13,717 nucleotides of DNA from Nanobdellota archaeon (GCA_020697515.1 JAIXNB010000036.1:1-13717), one strand, 5' to 3'; positions 1 through 5,919 are shown, counted from the first letter of the stretch. Numbers and translations: made by a program. Notes: generated by a model from the sequence alone, not told the origin.

Positions 1-82
1 AAAAGTTCTCTTTTTACAGTTAGGGATTCTGGTATTCCAACGTAAATTGTCATTGTTTTTAAACAGAATACATATCAACATA

Positions 83-153
83 TGCGCCGGCCGGGATTCG
101 AACCCGGGTCACGGGCGTGGCAGGCCCGCATCCTACCACTAGACGACCGGCGC
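83..153 (-). tRNA. tRNA-Gly (anticodon GCC), no intron, CCA not encoded
   Basis: The reverse complement reads GCGCCGG-TC-GTCT-AGTGGTA-GGAT-G-CGGGC-CTGCCAC-GCCCG-TGAC-CCGGG-TTCGAAT-CCCGG-CCGGCGC-A. This folds into a full cloverleaf with a 7-bp acceptor stem, a TTCGAAT T-loop and GCC at positions 34-36. It is a GC-rich island in AT-rich DNA. Confidence 0.93.
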
Positions 154-181
154 TATAAACTATTACCATCCTTAAATCTTT

Positions 182-757
182 TTAAGGTTGTTTTAGTAAG
201 TCTAAGACCGAATTTATATTCTCTTTTGTGTTCTCTAACTCTTCTCTCATTTCTTCTAACTTCTCACCTTCCTTATCTTTTATCATCTTCAACTCTTCCA
301 GGATACTCTCTAAATCTTTTAATCTAACTTTTAATCTATCTAACAGTTCCAGAACCCTTTTATAATCATCTATTTTTATGTAGAGTTCTGGTCTTTCTTC
401 ATACAATCTCTTTTCTATATTTTGTGTAGATGGGAGTGCTATCTTCCTCTGTTCTTGCTCTCCAGGTGGAATTACAGACATATTCGTTGGTTGGGGAGGA
501 GTATACATATTTTGGGTTGGAGCTTGAATTGTTGGTTGTGGCTGGAAACCTTGTGGGGTGTGCTGTACTCTAGTACTCTGTTTTAATGGTAATGGGGCAG
601 TCTGTGGTACTGTATTTTGAGGTAATTGCCCAAAATCTAAAGTACCTCCTTTCTCTACCTCTTCTTTTAGTCTTTGCAGCTCCGGAAGCAACTCATTTTC
701 AACAGAAAATTCGGGTTTTTCCTCTTTTTTCTTACCAAACAATGTTAGCTTTATCAT
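182..757 (-). CDS. Hypothetical protein with a basic/hydrophobic N-terminus, a Pro/Gln-rich low-complexity linker and a C-terminal coiled coil
   Basis: The ORF is 191 aa. The N-terminus reads MIKLTLFGKKKEEK. Roughly aa 45-105 are rich in P, Q and T. The C-terminal third has heptad-like charged/Leu repeats (ELYIKIDDYKRVLELLDRLKVRLKDLESILEELKMIKDKEGEKLEEMREELE). I recognise no family. A TATA-like tttattaata lies about 25-35 nt upstream on the minus strand. Confidence 0.7.
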   Translation of the reverse strand: MIKLTLFGKKKEEKPEFSVENELLPELQRLKEEVEKGGTLDFGQLPQNTVPQTAPLPLKQSTRVQHTPQGFQPQPTIQAPTQNMYTPPQPTNMSVIPPGEQEQRKIALPSTQNIEKRLYEERPELYIKIDDYKRVLELLDRLKVRLKDLESILEELKMIKDKEGEKLEEMREELENTKENINSVLDLLKQP

Positions 758-979
758 AGAATATATTTGTTTTTCACTTTATTAATAAATATTTGTTTAA
801 CAACTTAAGATACCTTTAAGGTCTCCCTATAATATAGTCCATTAAAGGATATGTATTATGTGGCTTCAATCTCCCCTTAGGATATCCAAAACTATATATA
901 ACAATGCCAAAGATGCCAATGAGTTGTATATTTATAAAAAACAAGACTTAAGAATCCCTAATTAACTGTTTCTGTACTT

Positions 980-2275
980 TTAGGGCGATAAATGTTCTGG
1001 ATCCCTAAACCATAATACAGCTTCTCTAATATCTTTTAAGTCCAGCAACTGCTTCACAAACCTATCTATCCCTAATCCAAATCCACCATGAGGAGGCATA
1101 CCATATTTAAATGTCTCTAGGTAGTACTTTAGGGGTTCCAATGGAACGTTCTTTTCTTTAGCTTGTTTTAACAATACCTCAAACCTATGTTCTCTTTGTG
1201 CCCCGGTAGAAATCTCCAATCCTTTATAAAAGATATCAAATGATTTTGTCCAAAAAGGATCCTCTTCTAGGCGCATATGGTAGAATGGTCTTTCACTCCA
1301 AGGATAGTTTGTTATGAATACTATAGGTTCGTTATATTCTTCCATAAAATATTTACCAAGTAATCTTTCAGATTCAGAATCAAGATCGCTACCATACTTT
1401 AATTTTTTGCCTAGTTGTCCAAGAATTTTGTAGGCCTCCTTTAAACTAATCCTTGGGATACTCTTTGGGATATCTATATGCAGCCCTAATAGATCCAGAC
1501 TTTCTTTATTAGATTTAGAAATTCTCTTAAGAACGTATTTGAGCATATCCCCTACAAAATCCAAAATATCATAATGATCATTTATCCAAGCCATCTCAAC
1601 ATCTAATCCATAAAATTCTGTTAGATGTCTAGAAGTATGGGATTTTTCAGCCCTCCAATACCACCCAAACTCAAAATACTGATCTATACCGGAGGCCATT
1701 AACATTTGCTTATATAACTGTGGAGATTGAGCTAAATATGCTGTTTTCCTAAAGTAGTCTACTTTGAATACATCTGCTCCAGATTCAGCACCCATCAAAA
1801 CAATTTTCGGAGTCTGAGACTCTATAAAACCCTTATTCAATAAATATTCTCTGAAATATTGGATAACAGAGTTTCTAATTTTAAATATTGTAAGAGTTTC
1901 TGGTCTCCTCAAATCTAAGGGTCTATATTGAATCCTTTTTATAAACTGAGTCTTTATATCTGGATTCCATATCTCTATTGGTAAAGGTTCTGATTCATTT
2001 ATAATAGAAAAGTCTTTAACTAGGATTTCATAACCACCACCTACTTTCTCCTGAATAGTGCCCATTACCTTTACAACACTCTCATTTTGTATATGTTTTA
2101 CTTTGTGAAACTTCTCTTTCAAAATATCTTTCTTGAATGTAGCTTGCAAAAACCCAGTTTTATCTCTCAAAATAATGAAAGCTATCTTACCTAGAATTCT
2201 CTTCGAATGTACCCACCCCGCGAATATTACCTCTTTATTTAAATAATTCTGCAAATCTTTTGCATATAGTTTCAT
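980..2275 (-). CDS. aspS: Aspartyl-tRNA synthetase, archaeal/eukaryal class IIb type
   Basis: The ORF is 431 aa with an N-terminal OB-fold-like region. It carries the QSPQLYKQ signature, a motif-2-like WYWRAEKSHTSRHLTEFYGLDVEM and a motif-3 GGFGLGIDR. The C-terminus ends ...REAVLWFRDPEHLSP. Confidence 0.92.
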   Translation of the reverse strand: MKLYAKDLQNYLNKEVIFAGWVHSKRILGKIAFIILRDKTGFLQATFKKDILKEKFHKVKHIQNESVVKVMGTIQEKVGGGYEILVKDFSIINESEPLPIEIWNPDIKTQFIKRIQYRPLDLRRPETLTIFKIRNSVIQYFREYLLNKGFIESQTPKIVLMGAESGADVFKVDYFRKTAYLAQSPQLYKQMLMASGIDQYFEFGWYWRAEKSHTSRHLTEFYGLDVEMAWINDHYDILDFVGDMLKYVLKRISKSNKESLDLLGLHIDIPKSIPRISLKEAYKILGQLGKKLKYGSDLDSESERLLGKYFMEEYNEPIVFITNYPWSERPFYHMRLEEDPFWTKSFDIFYKGLEISTGAQREHRFEVLLKQAKEKNVPLEPLKYYLETFKYGMPPHGGFGLGIDRFVKQLLDLKDIREAVLWFRDPEHLSP

Positions 2276-2440
2276 AGACTATATACTTTCAGACACAAAC
2301 TTTTATTTAGCATAATGCAAAACTATTTAAGGTTATCCTTAGTTAATTTAGCTAGATTTTCTAGGGCTTTTATTTTCCCCGGTATTTTCAAATAGTAGGA
2401 AAGAGTCTGATATACTATTATAAAATTCTGATCGTTTTTG

Positions 2441-3240
2441 TCAAAGCATGTTATATAGATTTCGTTCTCGTATTAGATTCATAACATTTTCCCTAGAAGC
2501 CTTAGCAGGTTTACCAACTAAGTTTAATGTTTTCATTTTAGCACCAAAATCTTCTTGATGTTCTTCCAAAAAATCTTTAGTATTTAACCAATGAAATCTT
2601 CTTATCAAACCTTGAGTGATATTTATTTTTTAATTTATTACTGTATAATTTTCCCTTTTTATCTGTTGGTATAAAATGAAAATATAAATTATACCCGTCT
2701 TACACCAGAGCACTATCAGCTTTCACAGACATAATTGAGGATTCCTTCAGCTTATCCTTTAATTTATCTCAAATATCCGCGTTATTAAGCTCTTCTATAA
2801 CTTTTTAATCTTTACTTTTCCCCCAAAAGCTATGAAATTTGTATCCAATTAATTTAATGCCTCTTTTAACGATTTTAGAGTTACTGTAGTCATTCCCGAA
2901 TAATTCCACTCAAAACCGACTAAACATGCAAAGGAGTTAAACTATAAAGGATTCGCAAATCTGGTTATAACTTCCTCGGTACCAAATTCATATTCTAAAA
3001 TCTGTATGATACTTTTTGTAAGTTCTTTAATTTTCTTTGTAATGGGTACATACCCTTTCGCCAGCCTAAGTTCGACATCCCCAATCCTTCTTATAGTTAT
3101 ATATTGTTATAAAAATTCTTTAGCACTGAATATCTCATAAATATTGCTTCCATAAAGCCGCTAATCCCAGTAGAAGATTCTTTGGCCTCATCAAAATAGC
3201 TAATTATATAGGTTTAGTCTCTAGGAAATTAGTTCGTATT
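2441..3240 (-). pseudogene. Decayed gene remnant(s) of unknown family, with multiple in-frame stops and frameshifts
   Basis: No ORF of 60 aa or more exists in any frame across 2276-3263. Minus-strand frames nevertheless stay coding-like over long runs. Run 3106->2795 spans 104 codons with internal stops TAG (2944-2942) and TAA (2851-2849). Run 2804->2577 spans 76 codons with 2 internal stops. Run 2629->2441 gives 62 aa with no upstream start (KINITQGLIRRFHWLNTKDFLEEHQEDFGAKMKTLNLVGKPAKASRENVMNLIRERNLYNML). The 5' boundary is uncertain. Confidence 0.4.
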
Positions 3241-3252
3241 GCATAAAAAATG

Positions 3253-3262
3253 TTTATAAATA
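3253..3262 (+). promoter_or_regulatory. Putative TATA box for the eS17-alba transcription unit
   Basis: tttataaata is centred about 25 nt upstream of the ATG at 3282 and is preceded by an A-rich stretch that could serve as a BRE. The spacing fits an archaeal leaderless mRNA. Confidence 0.4.
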
Positions 3263-3281
3263 TTTGTTGACTATCTTTAGG

Positions 3282-3476
3282 ATGGGAAGAATTCTTAATA
3301 AGAAATTCAGACATTATGCTGAAGAACTCTTAAATAAATATGGACAATTATTTACTACAGATTATGAAAAAAATAGAAAAATCTTAGAAGTTCTGGCAGA
3401 CTTTCCATCAAAAAGGGTTAGAAATATGATTGCTGGCTATATCACAAGAAAAATTAAAAAAGTCATCGAATTATGA
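3282..3476 (+). CDS. rps17e: Ribosomal protein eS17 (S17e)
   Basis: [60 protein letters not shown] matches the eS17 pattern (MGRIR..., ...FTTDFE.NK..., SK+LRN+IAGYIT+). The ORF track starts at a TTG (3264). The ATG at 3282 fits both the family N-terminus and the TATA spacing. Confidence 0.85.
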   Translation: MGRILNKKFRHYAEELLNKYGQLFTTDYEKNRKILEVLADFPSKRVRNMIAGYITRKIKKVIEL

Positions 3477-3760
3477 TGACTGAGGCTGGCGTAGTTTATG
3501 TGGGAAACAAACCATTTATGAACTATGTAACAGCGGTAGTAATGCAGTTTACAACACAAGGTGCAAAAGAAGTAGTAATAAAGGCAAGAGGAAGATATAC
3601 TGCTAGAGCAATAGATGTAGCAGAGATAGTAAGAAAGAGATTCCTATCCGGACAAGTTGATGTAAAATCTGTAAAAATAGATTCCGAAGAGTTTTCCACC
3701 CCAGACGGAAAGAAGAGAAGAGTATCCACAATAGAGATAGTCCTGGCCAAAAAGGAATAA
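3473..3760 (+). CDS. albA: Alba (Sac10b family) DNA/RNA-binding protein
   Basis: The ORF is 95 aa. [47 protein letters not shown]......V.I.SEEF...[16 protein letters not shown] is typical of Alba. Its start overlaps the eS17 stop within ATGATGA. Confidence 0.9.
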   Translation: MMTEAGVVYVGNKPFMNYVTAVVMQFTTQGAKEVVIKARGRYTARAIDVAEIVRKRFLSGQVDVKSVKIDSEEFSTPDGKKRRVSTIEIVLAKKE

Positions 3761-3775
3761 AACCTCTAAAACTTA

Positions 3776-3782
3776 TTTTTTT
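3776..3782 (+). terminator. Oligo-T tract, candidate archaeal terminator after alba
   Basis: A T7 run lies 16 nt after the alba stop codon. Archaeal RNA polymerase is known to terminate at oligo-T tracts. Confidence 0.35.
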
Positions 3783-3855
3783 ACCTTTATTATTTTTCAT
3801 AAATAAGAAAATTAAAGATTTTAAAGATTTGAGTCAATTTTTATATTAGTAGGAT

Positions 3856-3948
3856 AGCGGGGTGGGGCAGCCAGGAGTGCCCGGGGGGCTCATATGGATA
3901 TCTTCCTGGGAGACCCCCAGGTCCCGGGTTCAAATCCCGGCCCCGCTA
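3856..3948 (+). tRNA. tRNA-Met (CAT), initiator-type, with an 18-nt intron at canonical position 37/38
   Basis: The sequence parses as AGCGGGG-TG-GGGC-AGCCAGGAGT-GCCC-G-GGGGG-CTCATA[intron]A-CCCCC-AGGTC-CCGGG-TTCAAAT-CCCGG-CCCCGCT-A. The A1:U72 pair and an all-G:C anticodon stem are archaeal initiator hallmarks. The mature length is 75 nt and CCA is not encoded. Confidence 0.9.
3895..3912 (+). other. tRNA intron forming a canonical hBHBh' splicing motif
   Basis: The central 4-bp helix pairs 3889-3892 (CTCA) with 3907-3910 (TGGG, one G-U). The 3-nt bulges are T36-A37-i1 and i17-i18-A38, each with a splice site after its second nucleotide. The outer helix pairs GGA (3896-3898) with TCC (3904-3906) around a 5-nt loop, TATCT. 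Confidence 0.85.
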
Positions 3949-4300
3949 GCAGCTATTACCATTTTTGTCTAAATAACAATAATAAGTCAACTAAATCACA
4001 AAAGACAAGGTGATAATGATTTTATAGAAAATAGTCGGAAACTATCTGACTATAAAAAGGATGATCTTGAAACATATAGAGTTTGGAGTATAAAGTTCTA
4101 TTAAAAATACTATAAGGTTTTATAGAGATTAAGATACAGAGAAAGAAATAAGATTTTAAATAAATTAGGAGAGTTAGAAGAAAGTTTAGAGAGGCGAATA
4201 CTTTCTTGGATATAAAAAACATAGATAGGGATGGGAAGAACAATAACTAATTTTTCGAGGGCTTATACTTGGTATCTGTGTTTTGAGCTTTTAGTATACA

Positions 4301-4308
4301 TTTAAAAT
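4301..4308 (+). promoter_or_regulatory. Putative TATA box for cas6
   Basis: tttaaaat is centred about 25 nt upstream of the ATG at 4329, which is consistent with a leaderless transcript. Confidence 0.35.
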
Positions 4309-4328
4309 TCTTTTAAGCTCAGTAATTA

Positions 4329-5207
4329 ATGAGGGTACTGTTAGAGATGGTCTCTTGCCAAGACGCAAAATACAAATTAATTAATAATTATATTATTCAG
4401 GGGTTTATATACAACATTTTAAAAGATACTGAATTTACGTGGTTACATTCATATAAAGGATTCAAGTTTTTCAATTTTTCAAATATATTTCCTGTGGAAG
4501 ATTTCAAAACTGGCAGGAAATACAAACTAGTTATTTCATCTCCAAATGAAAAATTAATTCGTGTTATATATAGAAAATTGAAGACATATAGAGAAATAAA
4601 GTTAGGAGCTTTAAATTTTAAAATCTCTAGGATAAAAAAGTTTGACTTACAATTAAGATTCCCATGGAAAACAGCTACACCGGTGATATTAAAAAAGGGT
4701 AAGGTAGCCTATCTTTCTGATGGGTTTTGTGTGTTCAAAGTATTCTCAAAAGATGCAGGAGTTTTTCGTGAATTTAAAAAAGAGAAGTTGAAGGTTATTG
4801 CTAAAGTTAAGGAGATAAGACTCAGTGATCTAAAATACCTAGATAAAAATAGATTCCGTATAATAAAGATAGATGATATTTATTATAGCTTTAAAAAAGG
4901 TGATAGTCTTTTTGAGTGGTTAAGAGACCTTAAGCAACAAAGTCTGTTGAAATATAACATCTATACAGGGTACGAATTATACTTTGAAGAACCGATATTT
5001 GATGAACTAAAATTCAGAAAGGAAGTTGCGGTAAAAGCCAGAATAAAAAACAGAGGAGATGTGATATATATAGGTTCTCTATGGGACTCCTTAAATGTTC
5101 TTAGGAAGTTGGATAGATCTGAAAAAATGTTTTACAAATTTCTTTTAGATTCTGGTCTGGGTGTTCTGAACTCGATGGGATTTGGATTTATCAATATTAA
5201 AAAATGA
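4329..5207 (+). CDS. cas6: CRISPR-associated endoribonuclease Cas6 (RAMP superfamily)
   Basis: The ORF is 292 aa. The C-terminal glycine-rich loop LDSGLGVLNSMGFGFINI fits the Cas6 G-h-G-x5-G-h-G signature. The N-terminus MRVLLEM...NNYIIQGFIYNILK...WLHSYKGFKFFNFS resembles the N-terminal ferredoxin-like domain of Pyrococcus-type Cas6. Tyr28, His40 and Lys46 are spaced like its Tyr-His-Lys catalytic triad. This alignment is by eye and from memory. Confidence 0.85.
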   Translation: MRVLLEMVSCQDAKYKLINNYIIQGFIYNILKDTEFTWLHSYKGFKFFNFSNIFPVEDFKTGRKYKLVISSPNEKLIRVIYRKLKTYREIKLGALNFKISRIKKFDLQLRFPWKTATPVILKKGKVAYLSDGFCVFKVFSKDAGVFREFKKEKLKVIAKVKEIRLSDLKYLDKNRFRIIKIDDIYYSFKKGDSLFEWLRDLKQQSLLKYNIYTGYELYFEEPIFDELKFRKEVAVKARIKNRGDVIYIGSLWDSLNVLRKLDRSEKMFYKFLLDSGLGVLNSMGFGFINIKK

Positions 5208-5523
5208 AATTTTAGGTTTTTACTTTATATTCTTTTCTAATTTCAACAAACGAGCTTATTTTTCCCACATATTGGACAGAGGGTTAAAGGTTTTGAGAGG
5301 AGCTTCATTGCTATCTAACAAAACACTACAGAAGTAATTGAATATTGCGAAGATACATTATATGTCTCTGCTCTTTCTTGCACTATTCATAACATTAATA
5401 AGAGTTTTGTGAAAAGACGGTTTATTCGATAATTTTGTATATTCCCGAGCATCTCTGTTTACTCATTAAAAGCGTATAAACGCTCTCCTAGAAAAGAACT
5501 GTTGATAAGATATCTACAATAAG

Positions 5524-5534
5524 AAATATAAATT
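5524..5534 (+). promoter_or_regulatory. Putative TATA box for the eL43-rpoP-pcc1-zpr1 cluster
   Basis: aaatataaatt is centred about 26 nt upstream of the ATG at 5555. Confidence 0.4.
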
Positions 5535-5554
5535 GTTACTAAATTTTTAGTAAC
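5535..5554. repeat. Perfect inverted repeat with 9-bp arms and a 2-nt spacer, lying between the TATA box and the eL43 start codon
   Basis: gttactaaa (5535-5543), tt, tttagtaac (5546-5554). The right arm is the exact reverse complement of the left arm and ends one base before the ATG. Confidence 0.8.
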
Positions 5555-5776
5555 ATGCCCTCTCATACTAAAAAATTAGGACCTGCTGCTAGGTTTGGGG
5601 CAAAGTATGGTAAGAGAATTAGAGATAAAGTAAAAGAAATTGAAATGCAATATAAACATAGGAGAGTAAAATGTCCATTCTGCAATTATAAAGCTGTAAA
5701 GAGAGTTGCTTATGGCGTTTGGAGGTGTAATAAATGTGGTAGAGTATTTACAGGCAAAGCTTATTCCCCATACTAA
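5555..5776 (+). CDS. rpl37ae: Ribosomal protein eL43 (L37Ae)
   Basis: The ORF is 73 aa. It has GPAARFGAKYGKRIR and a C4 zinc ribbon, CPFC...x11...CNKCG, followed by FTGKAYSP. This is the classic L37Ae layout. Confidence 0.92.
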   Translation: MPSHTKKLGPAARFGAKYGKRIRDKVKEIEMQYKHRRVKCPFCNYKAVKRVAYGVWRCNKCGRVFTGKAYSPY

Positions 5777-5778
5777 AA

Positions 5779-5919
5779 ATGGTTGAGTATCTTTGTATCA
5801 CTTGTAAAAGAAAAATATCCCATGAAATGATAAGAAGAACTGTAAAGTGTCCCTACTGTGGTGGTAAGATACTTGTAAAAATAAGACCACCGATTATCAA
5901 GGTAGTAAAAGCTATATGA
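5779..5919 (+). CDS. rpoP: DNA-directed RNA polymerase subunit P (Rpo12/RpoP, Rpb12 homologue)
   Basis: This 46-aa ORF is absent from the supplied track because it is shorter than 60 aa. It reads MVEYLCITCKRKISHEMIRRTVKCPYCGGKILVKIRPPIIKVVKAI. The CxxC...CPYCG zinc ribbon plus the K.RPP...VKAI tail is the RpoP pattern. It starts 2 nt after the eL43 stop. Confidence 0.8.
   Translation: MVEYLCITCKRKISHEMIRRTVKCPYCGGKILVKIRPPIIKVVKAI

Noticed and set aside
1-53. Possible 5' end of a minus-strand gene (ATG at 53-51, MTIYVGIPESLTVKREL..., open to the window edge)
   Set aside because: Only 17 codons are visible. That is too short to distinguish from chance or to assign a family, so it is not reported as a feature.
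82-327. 81-aa plus-strand ORF from the supplied track
   Set aside because: It reads straight through the antisense of tRNA-Gly and the 3' end of the minus-strand coiled-coil gene. The product is L/S/P low-complexity sequence, so the ORF is spurious.
858-965. 35-aa plus-strand ORF (MWLQSPLRISKTIYNNAKDANELYIYKKQDLRIPN) with a ctataatata box about 27 nt upstream, in the 222-bp spacer between two minus-strand genes
   Set aside because: The promoter-like spacing is suggestive. However, the ORF is very short with no recognisable motif, and A/T boxes are abundant here. The spacer must also hold the promoter of the 182-757 gene. The support is insufficient.
3473-3483. atgatgactga, which looks like juxtaposed C-box (UGAUGA) and D-box (CUGA) elements of a C/D sRNA
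   Set aside because: It is the overlapping eS17 stop and alba start. There is no guide-length spacing and there are no partner C'/D' boxes. Other tgatga/tcatca occurrences (for example 3187, 7344, 8610, 9841) also lack correctly spaced CUGA boxes.
3523-3800. Two minus-strand ORFs (3523-3750 and 3603-3800)
   Set aside because: Both are antisense to the clearly recognisable alba gene. Neither product resembles any family, so they are shadow ORFs.
4199-4219. Peptide YFLGYKK in the stop-riddled frame upstream of cas6, which resembles a heptapeptide I recall from Pyrococcus Cas6 and hints at a decayed tandem cas6 copy
   Set aside because: The match relies on my memory of one sequence. The codons involved are all AT-rich and easily arise by chance. 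The flanking residues do not extend the alignment, so the evidence is too weak to assert.
4022-4243. 73-aa minus-strand ORF in the tRNA-cas6 spacer
   Set aside because: Its F/L/S/I low-complexity composition is typical of random ORFs in AT-rich DNA. It has no promoter-like element at a sensible distance and no family resemblance.
2276-5554. Search for a CRISPR array, or even a single repeat, near cas6 (in 2276-3263, 3949-4328 and 5208-5554)
   Set aside because: I found no direct repeat units of 24-37 nt with regular spacing. The only matches are isolated short strings resembling repeat ends (cttgaaac at about 4066, and gttgaaattag on the minus strand at about 5240). Each occurs once, so no array is called.
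3949-5554. Possibility that cas6 sits on an element integrated at the 3' end of tRNA-iMet
   Set aside because: No copy of the tRNA 3' segment (an att-like direct repeat) is present downstream. The window contains no integrase or other mobile-element gene.
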